Shown: in pieces, positions 19,083 to 28,559 of the stretch | How positions within the stretch are numbered: position 1 is the stretch's first letter | Layout of the letters: every line of letters starts with the position of its first letter | Assembly (NCBI GenBank): GCA_965219955.1 | Contig: OZ244799.1 | Coordinates: 4,032,001 to 4,096,000 of the forward strand | From: a bacterium | Lineage (GTDB): Bacteria; UBA8248 | Reading direction: 5' to 3' | DNA: 64,000 bases | The notes under the pieces: generated by a model | Database searches by the model: none | The model's input: only the letters and a program-made list of their open reading frames with translations | Told to the model about the DNA's origin: nothing | Made by a program: the position numbers and the translations under genes

Positions 19083-20564
19083 TCACGTCTTCTTCGCGCG
19101 TCCCCTGCGGAAGATGCCGTCGTAGAAGGTGAACACCGAGACGATCATCAGGATCGTGCCGACGGGGCTCGTGAGGAAATACCACAGCGGCTTGTTCTCG
19201 AACGTGATGAGCGCGCGGCGCAGGTTCTCATCGGCCAGCGAACCGAGGATGACGGCCAGAACCATTGGCGCGAGCGGCAGGCCGAGGCACCTGAGCGCGT
19301 AGCCGACGAAGCCTGCGGCCAGCATGACGTAGACGTCGAACATGCTCAGGCGCACCGCGTACGCCCCCAGGATGCAGATGGGGATGATGATGGGCATCAG
19401 CAGGGTGCGCGGCAGGCTGTAGAGCTTGACGGCGGGCTTCACCAGCAGGAGGCCGAACACGTACATCAGGAAGTTCGCCACGATGAGCGCACCGTAGATG
19501 AAGTAGACGAGACCCGGGTTTTCCACGTCGATGGTGGGCCCCATCACCACGTGCTTGAGCTCCAGGGCCGCCATGAAGGCGGCGGCGGGCGGGCTGCCCG
19601 GTATCCCGAGCGTGAGCGTGGGAAGAATGGTTCCGCCGATGCACGCGTTGTTCGCCACCTCCCCGCACACGATGCCCTCGTAGCTCCCCTTGCCGAATTT
19701 CTCGCGCTCCTCGGGACTGGCGCGGCGCTTGCCCACGTCGTAGGCCACGAAGGCGGCGATGTTTCCTCCCGCGCCGGGGATGGCGCCTATCACCGTGCCG
19801 ATGATGCCGGAGCGCACCGAGGCGCGCGCGTAGCGCCACAACATACTGAAGGGGGGCACCACCCGTTCCACTTTTTCGGGGATTACCGGCGGCTCCTTCT
19901 GGGGCAGCACCCAGAGCACCTCGGTCAGGCCGAAGAAGCCGATGATCACCGGGATGTAGCTGATGCCGTCTTCCAGGAGCACGTTCCCGAAGGTGAAGCG
20001 CGGAACGCCGTAGATGTTGTCGAGGCCGACGAAAGCGATGAGCAGCCCCAGCCAGCCGGATATCCAGCCCTTGATGGGCGCCTCGCCCGAGGTGAGCGTG
20101 CCACAGATGGCGATCCCCCAAAGGGCCAGCAGGAACATCTCCCAGGAGCGGAACTGCAGGGCGATGAGCAAAATGAGCGGGATGAATGCCACCAGGATCA
20201 GGATGCCCACCCAGTTTCCGAGAAAGGAAGCCACCAGCGCGGTGCCGAGCGCCTGTCCCCCCTCTCCTCTTTGAGCGAGCTGGTAGCCCTCGATCATGGT
20301 GGGAACGGCGGCGGGCGTGCCCGGAATGTTGATGAGCACCGCGGTAATCGAACCGCCGAACACGCTCGCCGTATACACGCCCAGCAGGAACATGATGGCC
20401 ACGTCCTGGCTCATCTGGGTGGAGAGTCCGATGAGTAGCACCATGGACATGGTCGTCGAGATGCCCGGCATCGAGCCCCACAGGAGTCCCAGGATGGTGC
20501 CCAGTATGCAGACGAACACCAGATACGGGTTCATGGCGTGGATGAGTTGTTCCAGGAAAAACAT
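19083..20564 (-). CDS. tctA: TTT large permease TctA
   Basis: GSMPGIS, GGSITAVLINIPGTP, EVANNA, GIPGS. Confidence 0.95.
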   Translation of the reverse strand: MFFLEQLIHAMNPYLVFVCILGTILGLLWGSMPGISTTMSMVLLIGLSTQMSQDVAIMFLLGVYTASVFGGSITAVLINIPGTPAAVPTMIEGYQLAQRGEGGQALGTALVASFLGNWVGILILVAFIPLILLIALQFRSWEMFLLALWGIAICGTLTSGEAPIKGWISGWLGLLIAFVGLDNIYGVPRFTFGNVLLEDGISYIPVIIGFFGLTEVLWVLPQKEPPVIPEKVERVVPPFSMLWRYARASVRSGIIGTVIGAIPGAGGNIAAFVAYDVGKRRASPEEREKFGKGSYEGIVCGEVANNACIGGTILPTLTLGIPGSPPAAAFMAALELKHVVMGPTIDVENPGLVYFIYGALIVANFLMYVFGLLLVKPAVKLYSLPRTLLMPIIIPICILGAYAVRLSMFDVYVMLAAGFVGYALRCLGLPLAPMVLAVILGSLADENLRRALITFENKPLWYFLTSPVGTILMIVSVFTFYDGIFRRGRAKKT

Positions 20565-20567
20565 GGC

Positions 20568-21197
20568 CTACCCCGAACCCGGCAGCGGAATGCGGAAGCC
20601 GTAGCGAAACGCGGCGGCCAGAACGAGCGTCGAAATCGCGGAGACGACGAGGCACTGCAGAAACGACTTCGGCCAGAAGATGCGCAGGGCGATGGCCAGC
20701 ATGGGTATGGTGACGGCTTCGAAGCTGCTGAAGCCGAGCCGGAAGCCTCCTATCACCAGCGGAACCGTGATGATGAAGGTCACCCAGTCGAGGAGCACCA
20801 CGTATACGACCACCAGGCCCATCAGGATGAGCGCCCACTGGTTCTCGTAGTCGGCGAAATACCTGCCCAGCAATTCAGCGGGCGAGAGGTTCAGTTCCGA
20901 ACCGCCGCCTCGTTTGAGCGCGCCCACTCCCAGCCCGATGGCCATGGCGAGCAGGCTCAGGCCCGTGAGAATGGGCATGAAGCCCGGCGCGGTGAAGATG
21001 TTGCTCTCCGGGATGGGCATGAGCAGCCCGAGGATGACGGCGAGGATAGCGACGACGCCCACGACGCTCGCCGCCGCCAGGTCCCTGCCCGGCGTGGCGG
21101 CGTCCCCCCCCTCCTCGGAAAGCAGTTGCGAGGCGGCGTCTTCGGGCTCATCCGCGGGCGGATGCGCCTTGCGGTCATCGTCGTTCGAGGAAACCAT
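20568..21197 (-). CDS. TTT small permease TctB-like
   Basis: TM helices, APGFMP, C-terminal FRIPLP, between tctC and tctA. Confidence 0.75.
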   Translation of the reverse strand: MVSSNDDDRKAHPPADEPEDAASQLLSEEGGDAATPGRDLAAASVVGVVAILAVILGLLMPIPESNIFTAPGFMPILTGLSLLAMAIGLGVGALKRGGGSELNLSPAELLGRYFADYENQWALILMGLVVVYVVLLDWVTFIITVPLVIGGFRLGFSSFEAVTIPMLAIALRIFWPKSFLQCLVVSAISTLVLAAAFRYGFRIPLPGSG

Positions 21198-21240
21198 GCA
21201 ACTCTCTCGGCGTAGAACAAAATCAATGAATACGGCCTAC

Positions 21241-21278
21241 CCGAGCGGGCCGCCTCGTCTCCAGGGCGGCCCGCTCGG
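21241..21278 (-). terminator. GC-rich intergenic hairpin after tctC (terminator or mRNA stabiliser)
   Basis: CCGAGCGGGCCGCC...GGCGGCCCGCTCGG. Confidence 0.5.
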
Positions 21279-21307
21279 GGCAGGCATTGCGCGATGAGCC
21301 GTCCGGC

Positions 21308-22453
21308 TCAGATGCGAGGCTTGTAGCCCTTCGGCGGCCACCAGGCGTCGAAATCCTTCGGTTCGGGAAGCCCGAGTTCCTTGGGTCCGCGCACCTTTTT
21401 GCCGATGTGCTTCTGCAGCTTGAGCAGCGTCGCAGCGCTCAGGCACTCGAGCTGCGCGGCCCGGCGATCGGCCGCTTCTCCCACGCGGACGTCGATCTGG
21501 AAGTACTTGCGCGTCGCGATCTTCCCGAAGGCATCGGACTTCGCGGCCGCGACCCAGACCGGCTTGATCTTGTTGAGCACGTCGACGGGCGTCCCCCGCC
21601 TCAGGGCGATGCTGTACATCCCGCCCATCGGCAACAGGGCCTTGAGCGCGGGTATGAAGTTGGCGATGGTGTAAGCCTTGCCGTAGTTGGCAATGTCCAG
21701 ATCCTTCGGCCCCGTGTGCATGAGGTTTCTCAGCTTGCCGGCGCGCAGGAACTCGACGTGCTCGTGCACGCCGCCGCCTGCGATGTCCACCTCGCCCTGC
21801 AGGCCCGCGACGGTGGCGGGTTTTCCGCCCTTGTAGGGCACGAAGCGCAATTCGATGCCCGCTGCGTCCGCGACGGTGGCGCCCACCTCGTGCCAGATGC
21901 TGCCCACGCCCGAAGTCGAGATGGTGAGCTTGCCGGATTTCTTCTTGGCCGCGGCGACCACGTCGTTGAAGGTCTTGAAGGGCGAGTCGGGCCGCACCGA
22001 CCAGCTCGCGAGCGAAGCCGCCGCCGCGAAGTGCTGCCAGTCCACCCACGCCGCCGAATCCGTGTATCCCATCGGCCGGACGAACTTGTTGTAGTTCCCG
22101 GCGCCCAGCCAGGTGTAGCCGTCGGCCGCCTTGTTGAGCACGTAGCGGGTGGCCACGCCTCCCACCGACCCCGGACGGTTGATGACGTTGACGGGCCAGC
22201 CGGTTGTGCGGGCCATCTCGCCGCACAGGGTGCGGATGACGGTGTCCGTGCCGCCGCCCGCGGCGTACATCACCACCCCGGTGATGGGGCGGGCGGGCCA
22301 TTTCGCGGCGTCCGCCTTTCTGGTCGTGAGCACCATCGGCGCCGCGGCCGCGACGCCGGCGACCCCGAGGGTCTGGATGAAGCTCCTGCGCGTGAGTTCG
22401 GATGATTCGGGAATGATGATTTCGGGATGCTCATGAGACTCTTTGTTCGACAT
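21308..22453 (-). CDS. tctC: TctC/Bug substrate-binding protein with twin-arginine (Tat) signal
   Basis: LTRRSFIQ signal; WPARPIT..YAAGGGTD; AADGYT; FVPYKGG. Confidence 0.9.
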   Translation of the reverse strand: MSNKESHEHPEIIIPESSELTRRSFIQTLGVAGVAAAAPMVLTTRKADAAKWPARPITGVVMYAAGGGTDTVIRTLCGEMARTTGWPVNVINRPGSVGGVATRYVLNKAADGYTWLGAGNYNKFVRPMGYTDSAAWVDWQHFAAAASLASWSVRPDSPFKTFNDVVAAAKKKSGKLTISTSGVGSIWHEVGATVADAAGIELRFVPYKGGKPATVAGLQGEVDIAGGGVHEHVEFLRAGKLRNLMHTGPKDLDIANYGKAYTIANFIPALKALLPMGGMYSIALRRGTPVDVLNKIKPVWVAAAKSDAFGKIATRKYFQIDVRVGEAADRRAAQLECLSAATLLKLQKHIGKKVRGPKELGLPEPKDFDAWWPPKGYKPRI

Positions 22454-22802
22454 GATGCTCTCCTCCGGTTGAAATGAAACGACCACTCGGTGTGAACCGG
22501 CGGCCGACTACGGCCCTTCCGGCGCAGAATCCACCCAGAATCTTCCAGCACATATTCATTTTTCGACTGACGGCAATCCTAGCACGAAAGACGCAAGCCG
22601 CCAAATTTTGTTTCGCGAGCCCCGCCCGGAGAGCCACCTTTCGCGAGCGGCGAATCCGTGCAGGATCGCGTTATCAGGGGAACCGGACGGGTTGTTCATC
22701 CAATCGTAACGCGCGCAACACATAATTATAATCAGGCTGTGATAATATGGTTTCAGTGCGAAAAACAGTTGAATCCCACTTCAGCAGAAGGAAACGCGAG
22801 TC

Positions 22803-23831
22803 ATGAAGCTAGGCGTATTGACGGGGGGCGGAGACTGCCCCGGCCTGAACGCGGTCATCCGCGCGGTGACGGCATCGAATTTCCATCGCGGCAGCCATAC
22901 GCTGGGAATCCGCCGGGGCTGGCGCGGCCTGGTGGACGCCGATTTCGTCGAAATTACGGGCCCGATGATCTCCGGCATCCTCGACAAGGGCGGCACCATT
23001 CTGGGGTCATCGAGGACGAACCCCACGAAGGACCCGGCCGTGCTCGAGCAACTCAAGGAAAACTGGCGCGCCTCGCGCATCGACGGCCTCATCGCCATCG
23101 GGGGGGACGATACGCTGAGCGTCGCCGCCTACCTGAGCAAGGAAGGCTACAACGTCATCAGCGTGCCCAAGACCATCGACAACGACATCGGCCTCACGGA
23201 CTACTCCTTCGGCTTCCACACCGCCGTCGGCGTCATCACCGACGCCATCGACCGCCTGCGCACCACGGCGGAGGCGCACGACCGCGTCATCATCCTCGAA
23301 GTCATGGGACGCCACTCGGGCTGGCTCGCCACCTACGCGGGCATCGCGGGCGGGGCCGACCTCATCCTCGTGCCCGAGCGGCCCTTCGACATCGAGGAGG
23401 TCGTCGGGGTGCTCAAGGCGCGTTTCGCGCGCGGGCGCAACTTCGCCAACGTGGTCGTGGCCGAGGGCGCTAAGCCCGAGGGCATCGAGGACTACATCAC
23501 GCGCAGCCAGGCGGTGGACGAGTTCGGGCACGTGCAGCTCGGCGGCGTCGGCGAATACCTCGCCAAGGAGATCGGCGACCGGATGAACGTGGACACGCGC
23601 GCCGTCATCCTGGGGCACATCCAGCGCGGCGGCTCCCCCGTGCCCTACGACCGCGTGCTGGCGACGCGCCTGGGCGTGCGGGCGAGCGAACTCGCCCACG
23701 AGGGAACCTGGGGCGTGATGGCCGCGCTGCAGGGGCGCGACATCAACCCGGTGCCGCTCGAGGACGTGCTCGGCAGGGTGAACACCCTGCGGGAGGACTT
23801 CTTCGATGCGGCGGAGCTGTTCTTCGGCTAG
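22803..23831 (+). CDS. pfkA: 6-phosphofructokinase, probably PPi-utilising type
   Basis: TGGGDCPGLNA, GGTILGSSR, GGDDT, PKTIDND, EVMGR, LGHIQRGG. Confidence 0.95.
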   Translation: MKLGVLTGGGDCPGLNAVIRAVTASNFHRGSHTLGIRRGWRGLVDADFVEITGPMISGILDKGGTILGSSRTNPTKDPAVLEQLKENWRASRIDGLIAIGGDDTLSVAAYLSKEGYNVISVPKTIDNDIGLTDYSFGFHTAVGVITDAIDRLRTTAEAHDRVIILEVMGRHSGWLATYAGIAGGADLILVPERPFDIEEVVGVLKARFARGRNFANVVVAEGAKPEGIEDYITRSQAVDEFGHVQLGGVGEYLAKEIGDRMNVDTRAVILGHIQRGGSPVPYDRVLATRLGVRASELAHEGTWGVMAALQGRDINPVPLEDVLGRVNTLREDFFDAAELFFG

Positions 23832-23859
23832 CCTCCCCGGGCGTTCCCCGTGGAACAAC

Positions 23860-24050
23860 TCGCGCATCTGCCCGCAACTCCCCGCATTTGCCGCCGCGGC
23901 TTTCGCTCCTGACCCCGTATACTCGGCAAAGTACCGAACGCGGGAGCAAGTGCGCCCGCGCGGGGGGCGTTTTCGGGAAAACAATTTATCGAAAAACCCC
24001 GTTAATTTATCGGTATTTATCCAATTTTATCGAATTTTTCGGAAATGCGG
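23860..24050. repeat. Dispersed non-coding element with CCCGCA and TTTATCG iterations
   Basis: Reverse-complement similarity to about 54985-55160. Confidence 0.6.
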
Positions 24051-24085
24051 CGGCGAGGGTGCGTCCTTGCGCGCGGCAATCCCCT

Positions 24086-24185
24086 CTCATCCCGAGCAGG
24101 CGCGCTTGCGCGCCGTATCGAGGGAGTCGCATCAAAACCCGAGAAGCGCCCTTCGATACGCCGCTTCGCGGCTACTCAGGGTGAA
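24086..24185. repeat. Gene-less inverted hairpin pair matching the GIY-YIG-flanking repeats
   Basis: CTCATCCCGAGCAGGCGCGCTTGCGCGCCGTATCGAGGG...CCCTTCGATACGCCGCTTCGCGGCTACTCAGGGTGA. Confidence 0.8.
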
Positions 24186-24216
24186 GAGGGACTGTTCCGA
24201 GGGATGCCGCGCCGTA

Positions 24217-24409
24217 GGGGGCTGTTGAAAAAGTCCTGTCCGACCCTCGAGATTGTTCGCCGTAGGGACAGGCCTCCGTGCCTGTCCTGACGAAGGACAA
24301 CCACGAAGAGCAGGACAGGCACGGAGGCCTGTCCCTACAAAACCATCACGTCTGCGCCGCATGAACCTCCTTGCCGCCGATCCCGCATCAGACTTTTTCA
24401 ACAACCCCC
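24217..24409. mobile_element. MITE with IS5/IS1182-type TIRs carrying a GTAG REP doublet
   Basis: GGGGCTGTTGAAAAAGTC...GACTTTTTCAACAACCCC; interior nearly identical to 28204-28410. Confidence 0.8.
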
Positions 24410-24435
24410 GGAGGAACGGGTTTCTTCTGTCCCCC

Positions 24436-25512
24436 TCACCCCTCCACCCGCGCGCCGGTCGCGCCGTCGAAGGTGTGGGCGTTTTCCATGTCGAAGAACA
24501 CGCGGATTTGCTCGCCCACCCGGGCGCGGAAATGGCCCTCTTCCTTCACGGTGAGGACGATTCCGTCGATATCGAGGGCGACGAAGGTGTCCGAACCCAA
24601 AGGCTCGACGAGTTCCACCCGGCCCTCGGCGGAGACGGGGCGCGCGCCTGCGTCCTGAAAGCCCAGGTGCTCGGGGCGGAAGCCGAGAACATAGGCCTCC
24701 CCCTCCCGGCAGGCTTGCGGCAGCGGGAAGCGCAGGGCGCCCGCCTCGAGTTCGAGGCCGTCCTCCGCCCGCTGCGCGCGGCCCTCGATGAAGTTCATGG
24801 CCGGGCTGCCCAGAAACCCCGCCACGAAGCGGTTGACGGGGTGGTCGTAGAGCTCGATGGGCGGCCCCACCTGCAGGATTTTTCCCAGGTCCATGACGAC
24901 GATGCGGTCGCCCATCGTCATCGCCTCGGTCTGGTCGTGGGTGACGTAGATGGAGGTCGTGCCCAGTCGGCGCTGGAGCTTTCGTATCTCGGCCCGGGCG
25001 GTGACGCGCAGCTTGGCGTCCAGGTTGCTGAGCGGCTCGTCGAAGAGGTATGCGACCGGGTCGCGCACGATGGCCCGGCAGACCGCCACGCGCTGGCGCT
25101 GGCCGCCGGAGAGCTGCCGCGGCTTGCGGTGGAGCAGGTCTTCGAGCCCCATGAGGGCGGCGGCCTCCTTGACGCGGCGGTCGATGTCGCCCGCGGAAAA
25201 CCGCCGCACGCGCAGGCCGAAGGCCATGTTCTCGTACACCGTCATGTGGGGGTAGAGGGCGTAGTTCTGGAACACCATGGCCATGTTGCGGTCCTTGGCG
25301 GGAATCTCGTTCACGCGCTCGCCCGAGACGCGGATCTCGCCGCCGGTCGGGAACTCCAGACCCGCCACCATGCGCAGCGTCGTCGTCTTCCCGCAGCCCG
25401 AAGGCCCCACCAGGACGAGGAACTCCCCCTCGCCGACTTCGAGGTCGATGCCGTCCACGGCGCGCACGCTGCCGAAGTGCTTGCTCAGGTTCTCGATGCT
25501 CACCGTGCCCAA
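24436..25512 (-). CDS. Sugar ABC transporter ATP-binding protein (MalK/UgpC)
   Basis: GPSGCGKTT, VFQNYALYPHM, LSGGQRQR, DEPLSNLD; TTG start after GGAGG. Confidence 0.95.
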   Translation of the reverse strand: MGTVSIENLSKHFGSVRAVDGIDLEVGEGEFLVLVGPSGCGKTTTLRMVAGLEFPTGGEIRVSGERVNEIPAKDRNMAMVFQNYALYPHMTVYENMAFGLRVRRFSAGDIDRRVKEAAALMGLEDLLHRKPRQLSGGQRQRVAVCRAIVRDPVAYLFDEPLSNLDAKLRVTARAEIRKLQRRLGTTSIYVTHDQTEAMTMGDRIVVMDLGKILQVGPPIELYDHPVNRFVAGFLGSPAMNFIEGRAQRAEDGLELEAGALRFPLPQACREGEAYVLGFRPEHLGFQDAGARPVSAEGRVELVEPLGSDTFVALDIDGIVLTVKEEGHFRARVGEQIRVFFDMENAHTFDGATGARVEG

Positions 25513-25639
25513 ACCGGTTCCTCCATCATCGCGCGCCGCGCCCCGAACGCGGCTGGTGAAAAACGCCTTGCGGGCCGGGCGGGATTCCACCGTAGCGGGC
25601 CGTTTTCGTGAACGGCCCCCACGATAACGCGATTCTTGC

Positions 25640-26052
25640 GTAGGGACAGGCCTCCGTGCCTGTCCGAGGCCCGTTTTGCAAAGGACAACCACGGAGGGTT
25701 GTCCCTACAAAACCATCGCGTCCACGCGCGCCTGCTCGGGATGAGGGATCGTCGCGCCCGAATCCGGAACGGATGAGGCGGATATATATGGCGGTATCCG
25801 TATCTTCCCCGGTCGGGAGAGAGTGCGGCCGTCCGAAAGGCCAAAGGCAAAGGCGTAAAAATGGATTCCGTCGAATCCTCCCGCATTGGTCGGCTCCGAC
25901 ACCGGAATGACGGGGGGTGCGGTTTTCGTAGGGGCGGACCTGTGTGTCCGCCCTGTGTGTTCTCCCGTTTTTCCGTGTTCTCGCCTGAGCGATTGGGCGG
26001 ACACGCAGGTCCGCCCCTACATATCGAACCCGATGGATCCAGGCTTTTTCAA
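25640..26052. repeat. Mosaic of GTAG and CGTC palindromes; 25860-26052 is an inverted relative of 44076-44428
   Basis: GTAGGGACAGGCCTCCGTGCCTGTCC; GTAGGGGCGGACC...CCGCCCCTAC; TCGAACCCGATGGATCCAGGCTTTTTCAA. Confidence 0.75.
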
Positions 26053-26100
26053 GGGAGCGAACGCTCCCTCCCCGGTCGCGTTCGACCCCCAACACACCCA

Positions 26101-26949
26101 TCACTTCACCGCCCCGGCCGTCAGGGCGCGGATGAGATAGCGCTGCATGAAAAAGCCCACGAGCAGGGCGGGCAGCATGATCAGCGTCGCCAGGGTGGAC
26201 ATGTCCTGCCAGAAGACCTGCATCTCCCCCATCGTCTCCGCCAGCCGGACGGGGATGGTGCGCGCGTACACGTTCGTCAGCATGAACGCGAACATGAACT
26301 CGTTCCAGGCCAGCAGGAAGACGAAGATGGAGGTCGCGGCGATGCCCGATGACGCGAGGGGGAAGGTCACCCGCGCCAGCGTGCGCAGCGCGCCGCAGCC
26401 GTCCAAAGCCGCGGCCTCTTCGAGTTCTTTCGGGATGCCGTCGAAAAACGCCTTCATCAGCCAGGTGCCGAACGGGATGTTCAGGGCGGTGTAGATGAGG
26501 ATCAGGATGAAGCGCGTGTCGAGTATCTGGAGATAGCGGAACAGGAGATAGAGCGGCACCACCGCCGTGACGGGCGGCAGCAGCCGCGTCGCCAGCATGA
26601 AGAAGAGCAGGTAGTTCGACGCCCTGAAGCGGTAGCGCGAGAACGCGTAGGCGGCCAGCGAGGAGACCAGCAGCGTCAGAAAGGTCGTCACCACCGCGAT
26701 GAAGGTGCTGTTCCAGATAAACCGGAGCGCTGATTCGTTCCCGAAGCCCAGGAACTTCCAGTACGAGGAGAAGTCCGGGGTCACGAAGACCTTGGGCGGG
26801 ATGGAGAAGATGGCGGTCTCGTCCTTCACCGAGGTGAGCATGATCCAGACGATCGGGAACAGGCTGAACGCAAGCAGGACCATCATCGCCCCGCGCGCCG
26901 CGGGGAAAGAAGGAATCCCCGGCCCGATCTGTTCTTCGCCGCGCGCCAT
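26101..26949 (-). CDS. Carbohydrate ABC permease (MalG-like)
   Basis: IPKELEEAAALDG EAA loop, AWNEF. Confidence 0.93.
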   Translation of the reverse strand: MARGEEQIGPGIPSFPAARGAMMVLLAFSLFPIVWIMLTSVKDETAIFSIPPKVFVTPDFSSYWKFLGFGNESALRFIWNSTFIAVVTTFLTLLVSSLAAYAFSRYRFRASNYLLFFMLATRLLPPVTAVVPLYLLFRYLQILDTRFILILIYTALNIPFGTWLMKAFFDGIPKELEEAAALDGCGALRTLARVTFPLASSGIAATSIFVFLLAWNEFMFAFMLTNVYARTIPVRLAETMGEMQVFWQDMSTLATLIMLPALLVGFFMQRYLIRALTAGAVK

Positions 26950-26952
26950 GGC

Positions 26953-27882
26953 CTAGCCGTCCCTGTCCCGGATGAGCCTTAAGTAAGCGAACGCGATCCC
27001 CGCGCCCAGCACGAGGAGGATGACCGAGGTGGCCGCCGCGTTGCCCACGTCGAAATAGCGGAAATAAATGCGCTGGATGAACAGGCCGTACGGCATGGTG
27101 GACGTGCCGGGCCCTCCCTCGGTGAGGATGTAGGGAATGTCGAACACCCGCAGCTTGAATATGGTCTGGAAGAGCAGCGCCACCACCAGCGGGGGCAGGA
27201 TGAGCGGGAAGGTGATCCGCCGGAACACCTGCACCCGGTTCGCGCCGTCCACGTGGGCGGCCTCGAACACCTCGTTGGGAAGCGCCGTGATGCCCGCCAG
27301 GAGGATCATGGTGACGAAGGGCGTCGAGCGCCAGACCTCGCAGATCACGATGGCCCAGAAGGCGGGGCCGGTCTCGGCGAGCCAGTTCACCTTGGCGACG
27401 CCCACGAGGGTGATGAGCAGGTTCACGATGCCGATGTCGCGGTCCCACATGAGCCGCCAGCCGAGGCCCACTGCGATGGGGGCGACCATGTAGGGGGTGA
27501 GGAGAAAGGACGTCATGAGCCTGCGCCCGCGCACGAGGCCGTAGAGCAGCAGCGCGCTCGCCACCCCGATGATGAACTCCAGCGCGATGGTGGCCACGGT
27601 GAAGCCCAGGCTGAAACGGGTCACCTCCCAGAAGTCGGGGTCGACCCAGAGCAGGTGGACGTAGTTCGCGAAGCCGACGAAAGTGGAGAGGTGCGGCGTC
27701 GTGAGGCGCCATTTCCACAGCGAGAGATAGATGTTGTAGATGGAGGGGTAGACCAGTATCGCGCCCAGGATGATGAAGGCGGGCGCCATGAGCAGGTAGG
27801 GCGCCATCGCCTGCTTGCGCGCGGGGGTGAGCCAGCCACGGCCGCCCCGCCGCGCCGTATCCTGAACGGCTCCGGTATTCAC
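26953..27882 (-). CDS. Carbohydrate ABC permease (MalF-like)
   Basis: EVFEAAHVDGA EAA loop, TEGGPG. Confidence 0.93.
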   Translation of the reverse strand: MNTGAVQDTARRGGRGWLTPARKQAMAPYLLMAPAFIILGAILVYPSIYNIYLSLWKWRLTTPHLSTFVGFANYVHLLWVDPDFWEVTRFSLGFTVATIALEFIIGVASALLLYGLVRGRRLMTSFLLTPYMVAPIAVGLGWRLMWDRDIGIVNLLITLVGVAKVNWLAETGPAFWAIVICEVWRSTPFVTMILLAGITALPNEVFEAAHVDGANRVQVFRRITFPLILPPLVVALLFQTIFKLRVFDIPYILTEGGPGTSTMPYGLFIQRIYFRYFDVGNAAATSVILLVLGAGIAFAYLRLIRDRDG

Positions 27883-27942
27883 GTTCCTCTCCGTGCTTGC
27901 GCCTGTCCCGACGTGTTGACCGCCATCATCCCGTCAATCCGT

Positions 27943-28482
27943 AATCACTCCCCCCTTGAGGGGGAGTCGAAGAGCTAAGGGCGTAAGCCCGCAAGCGAAT
28001 CGGTGGGGGGTATAATTCGGAATGGCGATAAAACGCATTTTACCCCCCACCGCATCAGCCTTCGCAAAAAACGCTCGGCTTCTGTCGGGCTTTCCCCTCG
28101 GGAAGCCCGACCCCCTCAAGGGGGGAGTGATTCTTCCTCTTTCATCGGACGAGTCGAACCCTCATTCATCAATCGGGTTCGACCCCCCCCAACCCCCCTT
28201 ATCGGGGTTTTTGAAAAAGTCCCCCTAGGGAGGGATGGAATCCCGATCATCGAATTATTCACCGTAGGGACAGGCCTCCGTGCCTGTCCAGACGAAGGAC
28301 AACCACGAAGAGCAGGACAAGCACGGAGGCCTGTCCCTACAAAACCATCACGTCTGCGCCGCGTGAACCTCCTTGCCGCCGATTCCGCATCAGGCTTTTT
28401 CAACAACCCCTATCAGGGGGACGTTCTTTTTTCACCCCCCTGTCAAGGGGGGGTAGGGGGGGTTGGTTTTATCCCCTGACAA
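27943..28482. repeat. Stacked palindromes (TCACTCCCCCCTTGAGGGG type and CCCCCCTGACAAGGGGG type) with a nested MITE
   Basis: Inverted pair 27943-28132; C/G-run palindrome from about 28183 interrupted by the 28204-28410 insertion. Confidence 0.75.
28204..28410. mobile_element. MITE with IS5/IS1182-type TIRs and 4-bp TSD (TATC)
   Basis: TATC|GGGGTTTTTGAAAAAGTC...GGCTTTTTCAACAACCCC|TATC. Confidence 0.85.
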
Positions 28483-28559
28483 GAGGATTTTTCCAACCTC
28501 CCCCGGTATGCCTTCGCGCCCGGGTTCCGGCCCGGTGCGCCTTTGTTTTCTATACCGCG

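Noticed and set aside
19228-20838. Long alternative-frame and antisense ORFs (also 25526-27718, 5569-7080, 40540-42252, 59951-61579)
   Set aside because: Shadow ORFs of high-GC genes; they are Arg/Gly/Pro-rich, lack motifs and overlap well-supported CDSs.
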